The notes under the pieces are model-generated. The model was not told the DNA's origin. It saw only the letters and a list, made by a program, of their open reading frames with translations, and did no database searches. A DNA stretch of 64,000 bases from a virus (Duplodnaviria > Caudoviricetes): positions 192,001 through 256,000 of the IMG/VR virus record IMGVR_UViG_3300032243_000867; one strand, 5' to 3'. Positions 39,538-50,200 of this stretch are shown one piece after another. Numbering within the stretch: the first letter of the stretch is position 1; every line of letters begins with the position of its first letter. A program made the translations under genes and the position numbers.

Positions 39538-39908
39538 TTCCCCGGCCCGCTGTAGGACATGAGGACTTCTCCGTCCTTGGTGCGCTTGAACACCTTGACC
39601 CGCACGCCCAGCGCCCGGGCCAACTGATTGGCGACCACGAGGTCGGATACCTCGTGCAAGAACTTCCCAGCGCGCGTGCGGAGGACGTAGTCCCTCGGAC
39701 CCGTGACGGGCTGTAGACCCGTGGCGTCGTCGTCGTCGAGGATCGCCTCGAAATCGAGGTCGGTCTGGGCTAGCTTGGGGGCGGGCTTCTTGGCTACCGC
39801 GACCTTTGCCTTCTTCTTGGCGGGAGCCTTCTTGGCGGGAGCCTTCTTGGCGGGAGCCTTCTTGGCGGGAGCCTTCTTGGCGGGAGCCTTCTTCTTCGTC
39901 TGGGCCAT
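39528..39908 (-). CDS. Histone H1/Hc2-like Lys-Ala-Pro-rich protein
   Basis: (KKAPA)x5 N-terminus followed by an acidic/globular region. Confidence 0.7.
   Translation of the reverse strand: MAQTKKKAPAKKAPAKKAPAKKAPAKKAPAKKKAKVAVAKKPAPKLAQTDLDFEAILDDDDATGLQPVTGPRDYVLRTRAGKFLHEVSDLVVANQLARALGVRVKVFKRTKDGEVLMSYSGPGKWD
39816..39890. repeat. Perfect 15-bp tandem repeat x5 (CTTGGCGGGAGCCTT), coding KKAPA
   Basis: Read directly from the sequence. Confidence 0.95.
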
Positions 39909-39930
39909 CACTTCACCATACGGGGCGGGG

Positions 39931-40533
39931 TCACCCCGGAAGATTTGAAGCCTCTGGAGTCAGTTCATTGCCGAACCGATCCCACCCGTTGATCGTACTC
40001 CCACGGGCAAACATCTCCAGTCTTCTTACGCCCGGTCCGAACAGGGACTCGATTCTTGCCCGCACCTCAACGGGCTTTTGCGAGTGTGCCCCGCGAGGTG
40101 CCAGCACCACCTGTCCGACGCCCTCGTCGAACACGGGCAATGGGCGTCCAAGTTTCTGGGTGCTCCCGACCAGCACCAGTTCTGTCGTGGGCTTCACCAC
40201 CGTAGGGCGCACGCCTTGACCGTGGATCACTTTGCCACTCACGGTGGTCTTTACCCACACGAAGGCCACGCCTCGGTAGACGAAACCCCACTGTTCCATG
40301 AGCTTCATTGCGGCGTCGAGACGAGGGCACGTCGCCCACATCAGCAGGACGGCCCGGTTGCGGCACTTCGCCCGGACGGGCATCGCCGCTAGGTCCGCAT
40401 CGGACATCAACCCGTAGTGCTTCCCGGCGGCACCGTACTTGTCGGACTCCCCGTAGTAGTACCAAGGGGGGTCCGCGTACACCACGTCGTAGGCGTCCTC
40501 AGGGATGTCGTTGAAGTCGGTGAAGATTGTCAC
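39931..40533 (-). CDS. MT-A70-family N6-adenine methyltransferase
   Basis: YDVVYADPPW, LLMWAT, WGF.Y, FVWVK, HSQKP, LEMFAR. Confidence 0.9.
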   Translation of the reverse strand: MTIFTDFNDIPEDAYDVVYADPPWYYYGESDKYGAAGKHYGLMSDADLAAMPVRAKCRNRAVLLMWATCPRLDAAMKLMEQWGFVYRGVAFVWVKTTVSGKVIHGQGVRPTVVKPTTELVLVGSTQKLGRPLPVFDEGVGQVVLAPRGAHSQKPVEVRARIESLFGPGVRRLEMFARGSTINGWDRFGNELTPEASNLPG

Positions 40534-41483
40534 AGGGAGAAGAAGTCAAGGACATTTTCGTCCGTCGCCTTGTCGAACACTCCCCCCGGATACCGTGGGT
40601 CCACGGGACCGATCTCTGCCGTGGCGCGCTTCGCATCCCCCTTCACGAACACCAGCACCATCTGGTGCCTCATGCCCGCCTTGCGGCTGGCCTCGAACTG
40701 GCGTGTCACCCGAAGGCGCAAGGTGCCTACGGAGTTCACGAGAACGAACTGGTTGTAAAACAGGGCCCCGGCTTCCTCAAAGGCCCTCACCGTTTCCCCC
40801 GTGAAGTCGAACATACTGCCGTCCTTCAGACGGTAGTTCCCCACGACGAACGCTGCGAAACGGTTGGGCTTGAGGTACTTCAGGGTGTGCTGGATGATCG
40901 TCCGGTAGGTGGCCACGAAGTCCCGGTGGGACATGTTGGACAAGTCCTTCGGGTCGTCGCTGTACACCTCCAAGTCGCCATAGGGGGGGCAGGAGAACAC
41001 GAAATCGTAGAGCGCCCCCTCGGGCAAGAGGGTAGGGATGTTCGAGCTATCCCCGCAAACCCACTTGACGTCGGCTTCAGGGCACACGACTTGGTATTGG
41101 GTGAGGTTCTCCGTCACCTGTTCCGGCCTCAAGTCCACCCCGGTATAGCTGCGGCCCAGCCTTCCAGCTACCACCCCACGGGTGCTGCCCCCTGCGAACG
41201 GATCGAGGATAGAACCCGTGTTGGGGGTGAACCAGCGGTACATCATCTCGCACAGCACCGGGTCGAACGTGCTGGTAGTTCCAGCACTCTCGAACTGGGA
41301 CTGGAGGAAGTCCTCTATCTCCTTATCGCCGTAGGTAAGGGCTACGTCACGGCCTGACGCACTGTTGATGCCCAACTCATCCCACAGCCTCACCCGAGCG
41401 CGCCACGGACCTTGAACGGTGTCCAAGACGCTGAACGGTGGAATGATGAATCTGTCGAACAGGGCCCCACTTTTCTCGTCCAT
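40530..41483 (-). CDS. DNA amino-methyltransferase (N4/N6)
   Basis: PPFSVLD, STFDPVLCE, ILDPFAGGSTRG, DFVFSCPPY. Confidence 0.88.
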   Translation of the reverse strand: MDEKSGALFDRFIIPPFSVLDTVQGPWRARVRLWDELGINSASGRDVALTYGDKEIEDFLQSQFESAGTTSTFDPVLCEMMYRWFTPNTGSILDPFAGGSTRGVVAGRLGRSYTGVDLRPEQVTENLTQYQVVCPEADVKWVCGDSSNIPTLLPEGALYDFVFSCPPYGDLEVYSDDPKDLSNMSHRDFVATYRTIIQHTLKYLKPNRFAAFVVGNYRLKDGSMFDFTGETVRAFEEAGALFYNQFVLVNSVGTLRLRVTRQFEASRKAGMRHQMVLVFVKGDAKRATAEIGPVDPRYPGGVFDKATDENVLDFFSL

Positions 41484-42364
41484 CACTTCACCAGCCTCGG
41501 AAGAGTTACGCCTGTCTGCCCTTGATACTTGCCCTTGCGGTCGGCGTAGGAGGTTTTGCAGGGGGAGGGGGATCGCAGGAAGATGAACTGACACGCGCCC
41601 TCGTTGGCGTAGAGCTTCGCGGGCAGGGGCGTGGTGTTCGAGAACTCCAGCGTGACGTACCCTTCCCACTCGGGTTCCAGCGGGGTCACGTTCACGATGA
41701 TGCCGCACCGGGCATAGGTGGACTTCCCGACGCACACCACCAGCACGTCCCGGGGGATGCGGAACCGTTCGACGGTGCGGCCCAGAACGAAGCTGTTGGG
41801 CGGGATGATCACGTATCCCTCGGTCGCCCGCACATCTACGAAGCCTCGGTCGTCAAAGCCCTTCGGGTCGATCACGGCACCGTAGGTGTTCGTGAACACC
41901 TTGAACTCGTCGGCCACCCTCGCGTCATACCCGTAGGAACTCACCCCGTAGGACAGCACCCGTTGATCGTCGCGCTTCGAGACTTGCGAGCTCTCATAGG
42001 GGGTGATCATCCCGGCTTGGGCGAGCGCGGTGATCTCGTGGTCTGGGAGGATGCCGGGAGCGCCCTTGGGGAACTCGACCTTCGCATCGCCGTCCACGGG
42101 ACGAAAGCGTTCTTTCAGCATCTCCCGCACGTCCTCCAGCTTCGCCACCACCTCATCGCGCGCATCCTCGTCCGCCTCAAGCTCTTGAAGAGCCGACTCG
42201 ATCCCCTCAAGGGCGCTCTCCCCGTTGGCATCTTCGGCCTCCAGCACGTTGTCGAGGGCTTCCTGCGCGCACTCCTCAAACGTGCGGTTGCCCATCAAAA
42301 ACTGCGTGAAGGCGTAGTCCGTAAGCGGGTTGATTTTTTCGGCCCAGTAGCGGATGTCCCTCAT
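41483..42364 (-). CDS. dcd: dCTP deaminase with an acidic N-terminal extension of about 100 aa
   Basis: [52 protein letters not shown]; GGAGG RBS. Confidence 0.93.
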   Translation of the reverse strand: MRDIRYWAEKINPLTDYAFTQFLMGNRTFEECAQEALDNVLEAEDANGESALEGIESALQELEADEDARDEVVAKLEDVREMLKERFRPVDGDAKVEFPKGAPGILPDHEITALAQAGMITPYESSQVSKRDDQRVLSYGVSSYGYDARVADEFKVFTNTYGAVIDPKGFDDRGFVDVRATEGYVIIPPNSFVLGRTVERFRIPRDVLVVCVGKSTYARCGIIVNVTPLEPEWEGYVTLEFSNTTPLPAKLYANEGACQFIFLRSPSPCKTSYADRKGKYQGQTGVTLPRLVK

Positions 42365-42366
42365 CG

Positions 42367-42504
42367 TCACCTCCACAGCACAAACCACGTCACGCCAAAA
42401 TAGCCTACCGCCCAAGCGCCTACGACAAGGGGCACGAGATTCCAGAGGTTGACCTCGTCGGGGGGTTCCTCGGTCGGTTCGTCTCGCGTCCAGCCTTCAT
42501 TCAT
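42367..42504 (-). CDS. 45-aa single-TM membrane protein
   Basis: [28 protein letters not shown]; ATGA overlap with the upstream gene. Confidence 0.5.
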   Translation of the reverse strand: MNEGWTRDEPTEEPPDEVNLWNLVPLVVGAWAVGYFGVTWFVLWR

Positions 42505-42746
42505 GCCACAGGGTGCATATAGGCGAGCACCCGTGCCGCGAGCGCATGGGCGCGGCAGTGGACGTACTCACCTTTCACCTCGGCGGGCATCCCGGCCACG
42601 AGGATCGTTTCGTCGAAGGTCTTACCTCCCACGGCGACCGTGACGTACAGGGAGTCGGTGTCTCGCTCCTCGGCGCGGATCGTAGCCCCGTGGGGGGTGA
42701 GGTGTGCGTCGAGAACGCCTTGGGCCTCTTCGATCAGTGTGCTCAC
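42501..42746 (-). CDS. Hypothetical protein
   Basis: Coupled GTGA start. Confidence 0.55.
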   Translation of the reverse strand: MSTLIEEAQGVLDAHLTPHGATIRAEERDTDSLYVTVAVGGKTFDETILVAGMPAEVKGEYVHCRAHALAARVLAYMHPVA

Positions 42747-42970
42747 GGTGTCACGTCCTTCGCCTTGGCTTCGATCCAGAATTTGTCCCCACGACGGACG
42801 ACCTTCTCCCCGGCCTCACGAAGCACCCGGATGTCTCGGCTCAGAGTCCGGTCCGACACGCCCAATTCCTCTGCCGTGCCGTAGAGGCAGATGCGCTCCC
42901 CCCGGTCGAGCCGACGCAGGAGGTGGATAGCCCGGAGGGTCTGTTGGCTGGCACCTTTCGGTCGCCCCAT
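42743..42970 (-). CDS. HTH_11-type winged-helix protein
   Basis: TAEELGVSDRTLSRDIRVLREAG. Confidence 0.8.
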   Translation of the reverse strand: MGRPKGASQQTLRAIHLLRRLDRGERICLYGTAEELGVSDRTLSRDIRVLREAGEKVVRRGDKFWIEAKAKDVTP

Positions 42971-43374
42971 CACTTCATCCCCAGCAGGGCGAGGAGGTCG
43001 TGACCGCCCGTGTTCTTGGCGGGGGCCGTTTTCCGGGCGGGCGGTGTGGGTGACTCGGGGGTTTTGACGACGGGGCGAGCCGCCTCGACGGGCGCTTTCA
43101 CGGAGGCGGCGGGAGCCTTCTTTTCCCGCGCGCTCTCGGGCGCGGCTTCGGATGTGCCCTTGGGCGGGTCCGGGAGCCGTTGACTCTCGGGGTCTCGCTT
43201 CTGTCCGTCTCTCACAACGGACGCCATGGCATTCCCGCACGGGTCGCAGTAGGGAGACCACTCGCAGTCCTCGTCCGGGAACGTCTTGAGGGACATAGTG
43301 GCATACGTCCCGTCCCGGCAGAGACGGCAATACGGGTGAGGACTCGGGGGCAGGGGGGCCTGTCGTTTCTTCAT
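42970..43374 (-). CDS. Zinc-finger protein with low-complexity Pro/Ala tail
   Basis: CRLC..CDPC. Confidence 0.55.
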   Translation of the reverse strand: MKKRQAPLPPSPHPYCRLCRDGTYATMSLKTFPDEDCEWSPYCDPCGNAMASVVRDGQKRDPESQRLPDPPKGTSEAAPESAREKKAPAASVKAPVEAARPVVKTPESPTPPARKTAPAKNTGGHDLLALLGMK

Positions 43375-43377
43375 ACC

Positions 43378-43563
43378 CTAGCTCGCCATCAATCGGAGGT
43401 AATCCATCACGAGGGCGGAAACGCAGTCCTCCAGGGGGAGATTCGGGTCGTCGTGCCCCGACTTCACGAGAATCTCTCGAAGAGAGTTTTCCCAGCTGAG
43501 TGACTCGTCGAGGTACTTCACCAGTGCGTTCATCAGCATCTCGTTTGCTTCCGCGTCTTCCAT
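43378..43563 (-). CDS. Small acidic hypothetical protein
   Basis: ATG 6 nt after GGGCGTAAA. Confidence 0.6.
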   Translation of the reverse strand: MEDAEANEMLMNALVKYLDESLSWENSLREILVKSGHDDPNLPLEDCVSALVMDYLRLMAS

Positions 43564-43597
43564 GCGGACTTTACGCCCGAGAGCGTGAAATCCCCCG

Positions 43598-44317
43598 ATG
43601 CCGAAACGCCTCCCCTGGACGCCCGAAGAGCTGGAAGATTTGCGGAGACTCTGCGAGAAGCGGAAGAACCACCGCCTCGACTGGAAGAAGATTCTCAAAC
43701 GGTTTCCCGACCGTTCCGTTCACGCGATCAACAAGCGGATGCACCTACACGGGATGTGCAAACCCCGGTCCTGGACACCGCGCGAGGATGAAACCCTCCT
43801 CCTGAACTGGAACGATTCGGCCCTCGCCTCTCTGAAAAAGTACCTTCCGGGCAGGACGAAGGACGGAATCTACGGGCGAGCGCGGAAGCTGGGTCTGAGC
43901 GCGGGAACGCCCCAAGGGATGATCTCTTTGAAGTCGTTGTCGGAGGACCCGGCATGGGGGTACGACTACTACAAAACCCTGCGGATTCTTCAAACGGCGG
44001 GCATCGTCGTGAGGCGATTTGGTTACACGGGAAACAAGAGCGGGGTTCGGTACGTCGAACGGGACGGGGCCCGCCGCGCCGCTGTGGAGTGGGAACGAAA
44101 GATTGCCGAAGAGCGGGTCGGGAAAGAGACTCCGAAGGAGGCCGCGGCGAGGTTGCACGTTCGCCCGAGCACTTTTCGAGATTGGCTGACCCTAGAGGGT
44201 ATGCTCCCCCCGAAGAGCCGCGAGAACAAGCGGCTGTTCTGGGCCGTGCCCGAAGTGTTCGACCGGGTGTACGCGAAGTACGGGGCTAACCGCCCGACGC
44301 GGACTGAATCTCCCTAG
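43598..44317 (+). CDS. Myb/SANT-like repeat HTH protein
   Basis: WTPEELEDL..W..I..RFPDRS..AI..R and WTPREDETL..LPGRT..GI..RA; further HTH (KEAAARL.VRPSTFR.W). Confidence 0.7.
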   Translation: MPKRLPWTPEELEDLRRLCEKRKNHRLDWKKILKRFPDRSVHAINKRMHLHGMCKPRSWTPREDETLLLNWNDSALASLKKYLPGRTKDGIYGRARKLGLSAGTPQGMISLKSLSEDPAWGYDYYKTLRILQTAGIVVRRFGYTGNKSGVRYVERDGARRAAVEWERKIAEERVGKETPKEAAARLHVRPSTFRDWLTLEGMLPPKSRENKRLFWAVPEVFDRVYAKYGANRPTRTESP

Positions 44318-46841
44318 CCACAATGTCGATGAGAATAGAGGGAGCCGACCCCGCGACAAAGACCAGCCCGCCCGCGTAGGCTTTCGGACCTTCCTGGGGT
44401 TTTTCCCGCGCTGAGACGAGCCCCGATACGATCCCAGAGGTTCCGTTCGTGATGAGCACTAGCACCTTCGCGCTCGGAAAAGAAATCTGGTAGGGGATGT
44501 CCAGCAGGGTTTCGATGCGCCGGATGAGTTCCTGAATCTCCCGCACCCGTTGCTCCAGGAAGTCGATCACGCGGGTGATCCCGTCGGATACGTCTTCCCC
44601 CCCGGCGAACAACGTGTTGAAGAACCCGTCCACTTTGTTGAGAACGGTGAGCACCGCGCCCGTCGGGGCGCGCGGGGCGAACACTCTCTTCGAGACCCAA
44701 GTCCCCCCTGCCGTGGAGGCGGTCTGGCTAGAGGTGAGGGCGAGAACGGTCGCCGCCTTCTCGTAGATTTCGTCCGGGATCAAGTCCCGGACGAACCAGT
44801 ATTGCGGCTGCGCTCCGCGGGAGGGGCCGATGACCGGGGAACTGTCAAGGGACGTGGGGTGGTAGGTGATCCCGAAGGTTCCTTCGAGCCACTTCGCGCG
44901 GATTTCCTCCAGAACGGCAGCGGGGGTTCCGCTGGGGTTGCTGTAGTACAGGCGGGTGGTGTTACGGTTGCGGGAGAGGGGCGTGTTGACGTTCGTGGAC
45001 AGGAGGGACTGTAGGATCGTGTACCGAAGAGCGGGGTTCCCGCTTGCGACGGACGTAGGGCTATCCGACCATTTCCAATTCACCAAGTCTTCGAGAGTCG
45101 GCTGAAGAGAGTCGAGGAGGTCTTGCGAGAGGACCCCTTGGGTACGGATGTATGCGTCTGCGGCGGCTGAGATACGGGGGTACAGATCCGATACGAACCC
45201 GTTCGGTGACTCGGTAGACGGGCGCTGGTTGTAGTAGTTTTCTGGGGTGGGGATGAGCAGCTTCTGACTGATCTCGGTCGCAACGGACTCCAGACCCGTG
45301 GGCTGGTAGGTTCTGTCAGGCGGGGGATTCTGACCGCCCGATACCGGGTCGGGTGTGTCGAGGTCGCTGCGGGAGAGGGTGACGATAGCGAGGGCCGTTT
45401 GTAGAGCCTGGGCGTAGAGGTTCTGTTGAGCGTTGGGGATGGCGATTTCGACAACCTCACTGGGCGTGCCGAGGTCGCTTGCGCCGAGGGGCTCGGGATC
45501 GCCAGAAATCACAACCGGGTTGAGGTTGACGATGGTCTGATCACTACTCGTCCAACGCTGCGGCTTCCATTGAGCGGAGCGAAAGTTGTTTTCGTCTACA
45601 CGGTTCGACACCGGGATCACCCGGACGTACACCGAGCGAGGGCGCTCCTTCAAGGACGGGTCGAACTCCCCGTTCACGATGGGGCAGTACCAAGGGAGGT
45701 CCGTCTCCGAGAGGGTGATGGAGTAGTTCCCACCCATGATTCCCTGGGCGATGGCTTCAGCCTTGGTGACGAAAAATCGCTTCTGGTTGTAGTACGTTTC
45801 GCCCGTCTTACCGAATGCCTTGCGGATCACCTCGGGCGTGCGGGCATCCCGGTAGAAGTACAGGGGGTGGGAACCGCTATCAAGGTTCGTTCCGGGAGTG
45901 AAACCCGGAGGCCATTGAACCGGGGGTTCAATGAGGATGGCGTCTTCCCCGCCGAAGATCACAAGGGGCTGTCCGGTGGTGCTGGTCTGGTATTGGCCCG
46001 TGGTGAAGGCTTGTGTGTTCCCGCCTCCCGTGGGGCTGGGGGTATTTCCAATACCCGTACCCGAGGGGGCGGGGCCGATCCACGCAGCGGTGAAGCCCTG
46101 GGGGTAGCAGGACACTTCGACGATGAACCCGCAAGGAGGAACGGTGGGCTGAGCGTCTTGGCTGTTTCCGTTCGGGGCCGGGGCGGTGTTCCAGACGATC
46201 TGGGTGCGGGTTCTTCCGAGCAGGGACGAAAGGGCAAGAGTGAAGTCCTGGGCCGTGGATGCGTCCGGGCTGGTGTACTCAGCCCGGAGGTTCACCGCAA
46301 CGGGGAGGGAAAGGTCGTTCCCATCAAACGACAGACCGAGGAGGGTGGCGAAAGACCGAAGGAGTTGACGCAGGGGGCCGAAGCGCGAGGTGTCGATCAG
46401 GTCGTCGATGAAAGAGATGTCCACCCCGATGTAGAAGAACAAAGCCAGCACCGTGGCCGAGTTCGTGTAGTCCGGGCGGTTGGGGTCGCTGCGGTCGTTG
46501 AGCCTTTGGAGCATCCGGCGCTCGTAGGCCCGGTATCCGCCCTTGAGCCCCGCGGTTCCTTGTCTGAGTAACCGGAGGTCCCCGAGGTTCGCGTAGACCC
46601 CGAGGCTGAAGAGGTCTTGGATGAGGCTTCGTAGTTGGTCGAGAATCTCTCGGACGAGCGCGCGAGCAGGGTTCAGGTTCGAGGTGACGAAGGTCTTGGC
46701 GATCTCACCGACTTCCAGAGCGATGCTGAGAGCTTCGTTGAGAATCTCCAGAAAGCTCTTGGCCGCTTCAATAGCCGCAACGGCTTCCTCCGAGACGAGC
46801 TGAATATCCAGCCCTCCCCACGTCGCTACGGTGCTTGGCAT
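44286..46841 (-). CDS. Probable baseplate/virion protein, 851 aa
   Basis: Downstream of the giant structural ORF; helical termini around a beta-rich core. Confidence 0.55.
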   Translation of the reverse strand: MPSTVATWGGLDIQLVSEEAVAAIEAAKSFLEILNEALSIALEVGEIAKTFVTSNLNPARALVREILDQLRSLIQDLFSLGVYANLGDLRLLRQGTAGLKGGYRAYERRMLQRLNDRSDPNRPDYTNSATVLALFFYIGVDISFIDDLIDTSRFGPLRQLLRSFATLLGLSFDGNDLSLPVAVNLRAEYTSPDASTAQDFTLALSSLLGRTRTQIVWNTAPAPNGNSQDAQPTVPPCGFIVEVSCYPQGFTAAWIGPAPSGTGIGNTPSPTGGGNTQAFTTGQYQTSTTGQPLVIFGGEDAILIEPPVQWPPGFTPGTNLDSGSHPLYFYRDARTPEVIRKAFGKTGETYYNQKRFFVTKAEAIAQGIMGGNYSITLSETDLPWYCPIVNGEFDPSLKERPRSVYVRVIPVSNRVDENNFRSAQWKPQRWTSSDQTIVNLNPVVISGDPEPLGASDLGTPSEVVEIAIPNAQQNLYAQALQTALAIVTLSRSDLDTPDPVSGGQNPPPDRTYQPTGLESVATEISQKLLIPTPENYYNQRPSTESPNGFVSDLYPRISAAADAYIRTQGVLSQDLLDSLQPTLEDLVNWKWSDSPTSVASGNPALRYTILQSLLSTNVNTPLSRNRNTTRLYYSNPSGTPAAVLEEIRAKWLEGTFGITYHPTSLDSSPVIGPSRGAQPQYWFVRDLIPDEIYEKAATVLALTSSQTASTAGGTWVSKRVFAPRAPTGAVLTVLNKVDGFFNTLFAGGEDVSDGITRVIDFLEQRVREIQELIRRIETLLDIPYQISFPSAKVLVLITNGTSGIVSGLVSAREKPQEGPKAYAGGLVFVAGSAPSILIDIVAREIQSASGG

Positions 46842-46842
46842 A

Positions 46843-47052
46843 TTAGCTTGTCTTCTCCCCCGGGATGCCGTCCACCATTAGGCAGAGCATTTCGGCGGAG
46901 GTGTGTGAGTTGTTCATGCTTGACTGGAGTATCTCGATGGAAGCGCCTTCTTTTACCGCCGCATCGAAAGCCTCCGAAGCGGCATGAAAGTCTTCCGCCC
47001 TCCCGCTGAGTAGGAACGCGAAGTAAGCATCCGTGAAGTCGGAGAGACTCAT
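46843..47052 (-). CDS. Small hypothetical protein
   Basis: Coupled ATGA start. Confidence 0.5.
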   Translation of the reverse strand: MSLSDFTDAYFAFLLSGRAEDFHAASEAFDAAVKEGASIEILQSSMNNSHTSAEMLCLMVDGIPGEKTS

Positions 47053-47282
47053 GCCCCGCCCCCGTTCTTCATTCTCTCCCTCTGCTCCAAGGCGGCTTCC
47101 AGCTTGGACCGGCTCTCCGCGAGTTCCGTCTGAAGTAGTTCTCGGAGCTTCATCAGAAGTTCTCGGTTCTTCTGAATCGTCGGAAGCTCGTTGATGTCTA
47201 CGGGTTGGGTCTCCACCCATCGGGCATCTTCGGGCTTCAGCCCAAGAGCCTCTAGCCTCTTGAGCATTTCGGGGTCGATCAC
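47049..47282 (-). CDS. Small coiled-coil protein
   Basis: Coupled start; heptad C-terminus. Confidence 0.6.
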   Translation of the reverse strand: MIDPEMLKRLEALGLKPEDARWVETQPVDINELPTIQKNRELLMKLRELLQTELAESRSKLEAALEQRERMKNGGGA

Positions 47283-50200
47283 GGCAGCTTCTCCACGGAC
47301 TGTACGGTAAGCAGGGCTCTCTCAGCTTCGGCTTCGCGCTTGGGGCGTTCGATGTCGAAGCGGCGGATGCTTTCTAGGCTACCCGTCACGCGGTTCACGC
47401 GCAGGTCCAGCCATGCGTACCGGGTCGCGCGGAGCTTGTCCCGCCCGTCGAGGGCTTCATTCACCCGGTCCACCAGCACGGGTCGCCCCACTCCGTTCGA
47501 GAGGTCGGCATACGGGGTCACGGGGAGTGCCGCGTAGCGCGGCCCCACGGTGTCCAGCCGGTAGTCAAGGCACCAGAAGCGGCGGTCGAGGATAGAGAGA
47601 CAATCCCGCACGTTCGAGAACGGCGATACCGTCCAGTTGCCGATCAGCCCCAAGAGGTACGGGTTGGTGAGCAGCCCCAGACCGCTTTCGGGGTCGGTGG
47701 TCAACCCGAGGTCGGTGATGTGCTGGTCGCGTTGGAACAAGAAGTACGTCCCGTACTTGAACCGCACGGCGCGGATCTCTTCCATCCACGACAGCATTCG
47801 TTCGCGCATGGAAAGGATGAGCTCGACCGTCTTCGAGGAGAGCAGGGAGGTCGGTCGGATCACCCGGTACGCGAAGGGCTCGACGGACTTGAACGTGGTC
47901 GTGTACGAGTTGCCCACGGGCGGGGCGGTCTCGCGCAGGTCCATCTGCCCTTCCGTACCGCCCGTGAGCCCGCTGGCGTGGACAGTGGGGTAGACGGTGT
48001 AGGCGTTCGTGCCCGATCCGAAGGTCACGTCCCCGCCGTTGTTGCCCGCGAGTCCTCCGATGGCTTCGACGGTGAGCTGGGTAGCCGTGCGGGAGACGAC
48101 CCGGTAGTAGCCCCGGTTGTCGTCGGCGCGGGCGGGGCTTCCCGCTGCGTAGTTCGCCCTACCCGTCACGGCGTTGTCGCCGTAGGGGCGTCGCCCGTAC
48201 TGCGGCGGGGTAGTAGAACCCGCGGGGGTGGTAAGGGTTCCCGCCGGGTCGATGACGACGATGTCGCCCTCAGCTACCCCTGCCGCCGTGTAGTTCACCG
48301 TGGTGTCGGTGTCCCCGATCTTGTTCGTAGCCGGGGCGCGTCCGCCCGTTTGTGCCACGAGGTTCGCGGGTCTGTTGATCAGCACCCGGTCGGTCGCGTA
48401 GCCGAGAAGTTCCTCGTTGGATTGCTCGTGCGGGACGGGCGGAACCTTCAGGTACACCTCGAAGCGCGCACCGGGGGCGACCGTCACCTTGCGGGACAGA
48501 GTGAGGGTACGGGCTCCCGTGACCTTCACCACCTCTGCCCGTGCGGCGATCACCCCCGAAGCGTTGATGAAACGCACCTCGTCGCCGGGGTTCACGTTCA
48601 CGAGCTTGCTGGTGAAGTCGCCCAGTTGGGTAGCGGTTCCGCCCACGGTTGCCACGGGGGGCACCGCGCCGTCCACGGCGTCGGCGGTGAGAACCCCGTA
48701 CCCGCCCGAAGCGGTGACGGTGGAGACGATGCCACGGCGGATCTCGTAGCTGTACCGCAGGGACAGCAGGGCTTCCGCGAACGAGTTGCCGAGGTCATGG
48801 AAGCGGCGCGGGCGGCGCACTTCGATCTGGCCCACCTCAAGGTACGAGTTTCCTGCTACCGGGACGCTGGTCATGTACGTGGTGAGGCGACGTACGCCGA
48901 CGCGGGACGTAGTGCTGGTGTTGCCCGCGTCCACGACGTTGCGATAGATGGGGTCCGCGAGGGTGTTGCCCGTGCGCGGGAACGAGGGCTCGACGTAGAT
49001 GCCCGCCGCGCCCGAATAGTCCACCGTCCAAGCGTCACCGGGCAAGAAGCACCGCGCACCGTCGATGGCGAACGGCGGAGGGTACACGCCCGTAGGGGTG
49101 TGCAAGCGGTCCCAATCGGTGCCCGCAGTGTAGATACTGGTGATGTCCATCACGCCGGGGATCTCGTCGTACACGGGCGCGGACAGGGGTAGGAACGTCT
49201 CCGAGGTGAGCTTGATCTTCTCGTACACGTCCACCTTCGAGGTGGCTGGCGGAACGTAGCTGAGAAACCCGAGCGTACTGGCCGTCCAATTGAGGGTGTT
49301 CGCGCCGCGCGTTGCTTGAAGGGTTCGCAGCCCGTAGGCTGAGTTCGGGCTCGCGCCGTCACCGCCGTTGCAATAGCCGGGGAGGTTCTCCGGGATGCCG
49401 TCCCCGTGCGGGTTCAGCGGGATCATCGTGAAGCCCGACACCTTCAGGCCCGCCTGTGCGGCGGTTGCGAAGGCCGCTCCCGAGATGGCGAGCCCCTGCC
49501 CGTCTTGGTAGTTGTTCAGCCCCGTGAAATCCATGGTTACGGGGTTGAAGCCCGTGTAATCGGCGCTCACGATGCTGGAGGCGAACGTCGCGGGGACAGG
49601 GCTATTCAACCCCGCCTCGTTGACGATCACGAACACCCGCCCAGCGGGTGGGAAGGTGTGCGTTTGTGCGGTGGCCGTTCCCGCCCAGTTCTTCGACGGC
49701 GGGAGGGAAGGGATCTCCGACACGATCAGGTTCGTGGCGGTTGCCGTTACCACCGTGGGGAACGCCACCGGGAGCCAGCCCGAGGAATAGTCCCCCGCGC
49801 CATCGGGCACGGTGTACGTCACGTCGCGCCGTTCCAACCCGCCGCCGGAAGCGATCACTCCCCGTACGAGGTGCGTTCCCACCTTGCCGTTCTGCGCGGC
49901 CTTCGTGTACGCCGGGTCTTCGCTGTTCGACCGAAGGGTTACGATGTCGCCGGGGAGCACGCTGGCCGTCGCCCCCGTGAGCGTGGCCGAGGGAATGAAG
50001 CGGTTGTCCCCCCATGAGAACGTGTGCGCCACGGGCGTGCCGTCGATACGGTCCGTGTACACGTCGGCGGTGAGGATCGCGTTCGTGGTGTTTTGCCGTG
50101 AGGACGGGGCGGCGCTGAACGTGATGTTCGTACCCGGGATAGCGATATTCCCGTGCCCCTCGAAGGGCATGGTCTTCAGGGCGAACACCCCGGTGCCCGT

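Noticed and set aside
39816-39890. CRISPR-like array
   Set aside because: Head-to-tail 15-bp repeats with no spacers, in frame within a gene
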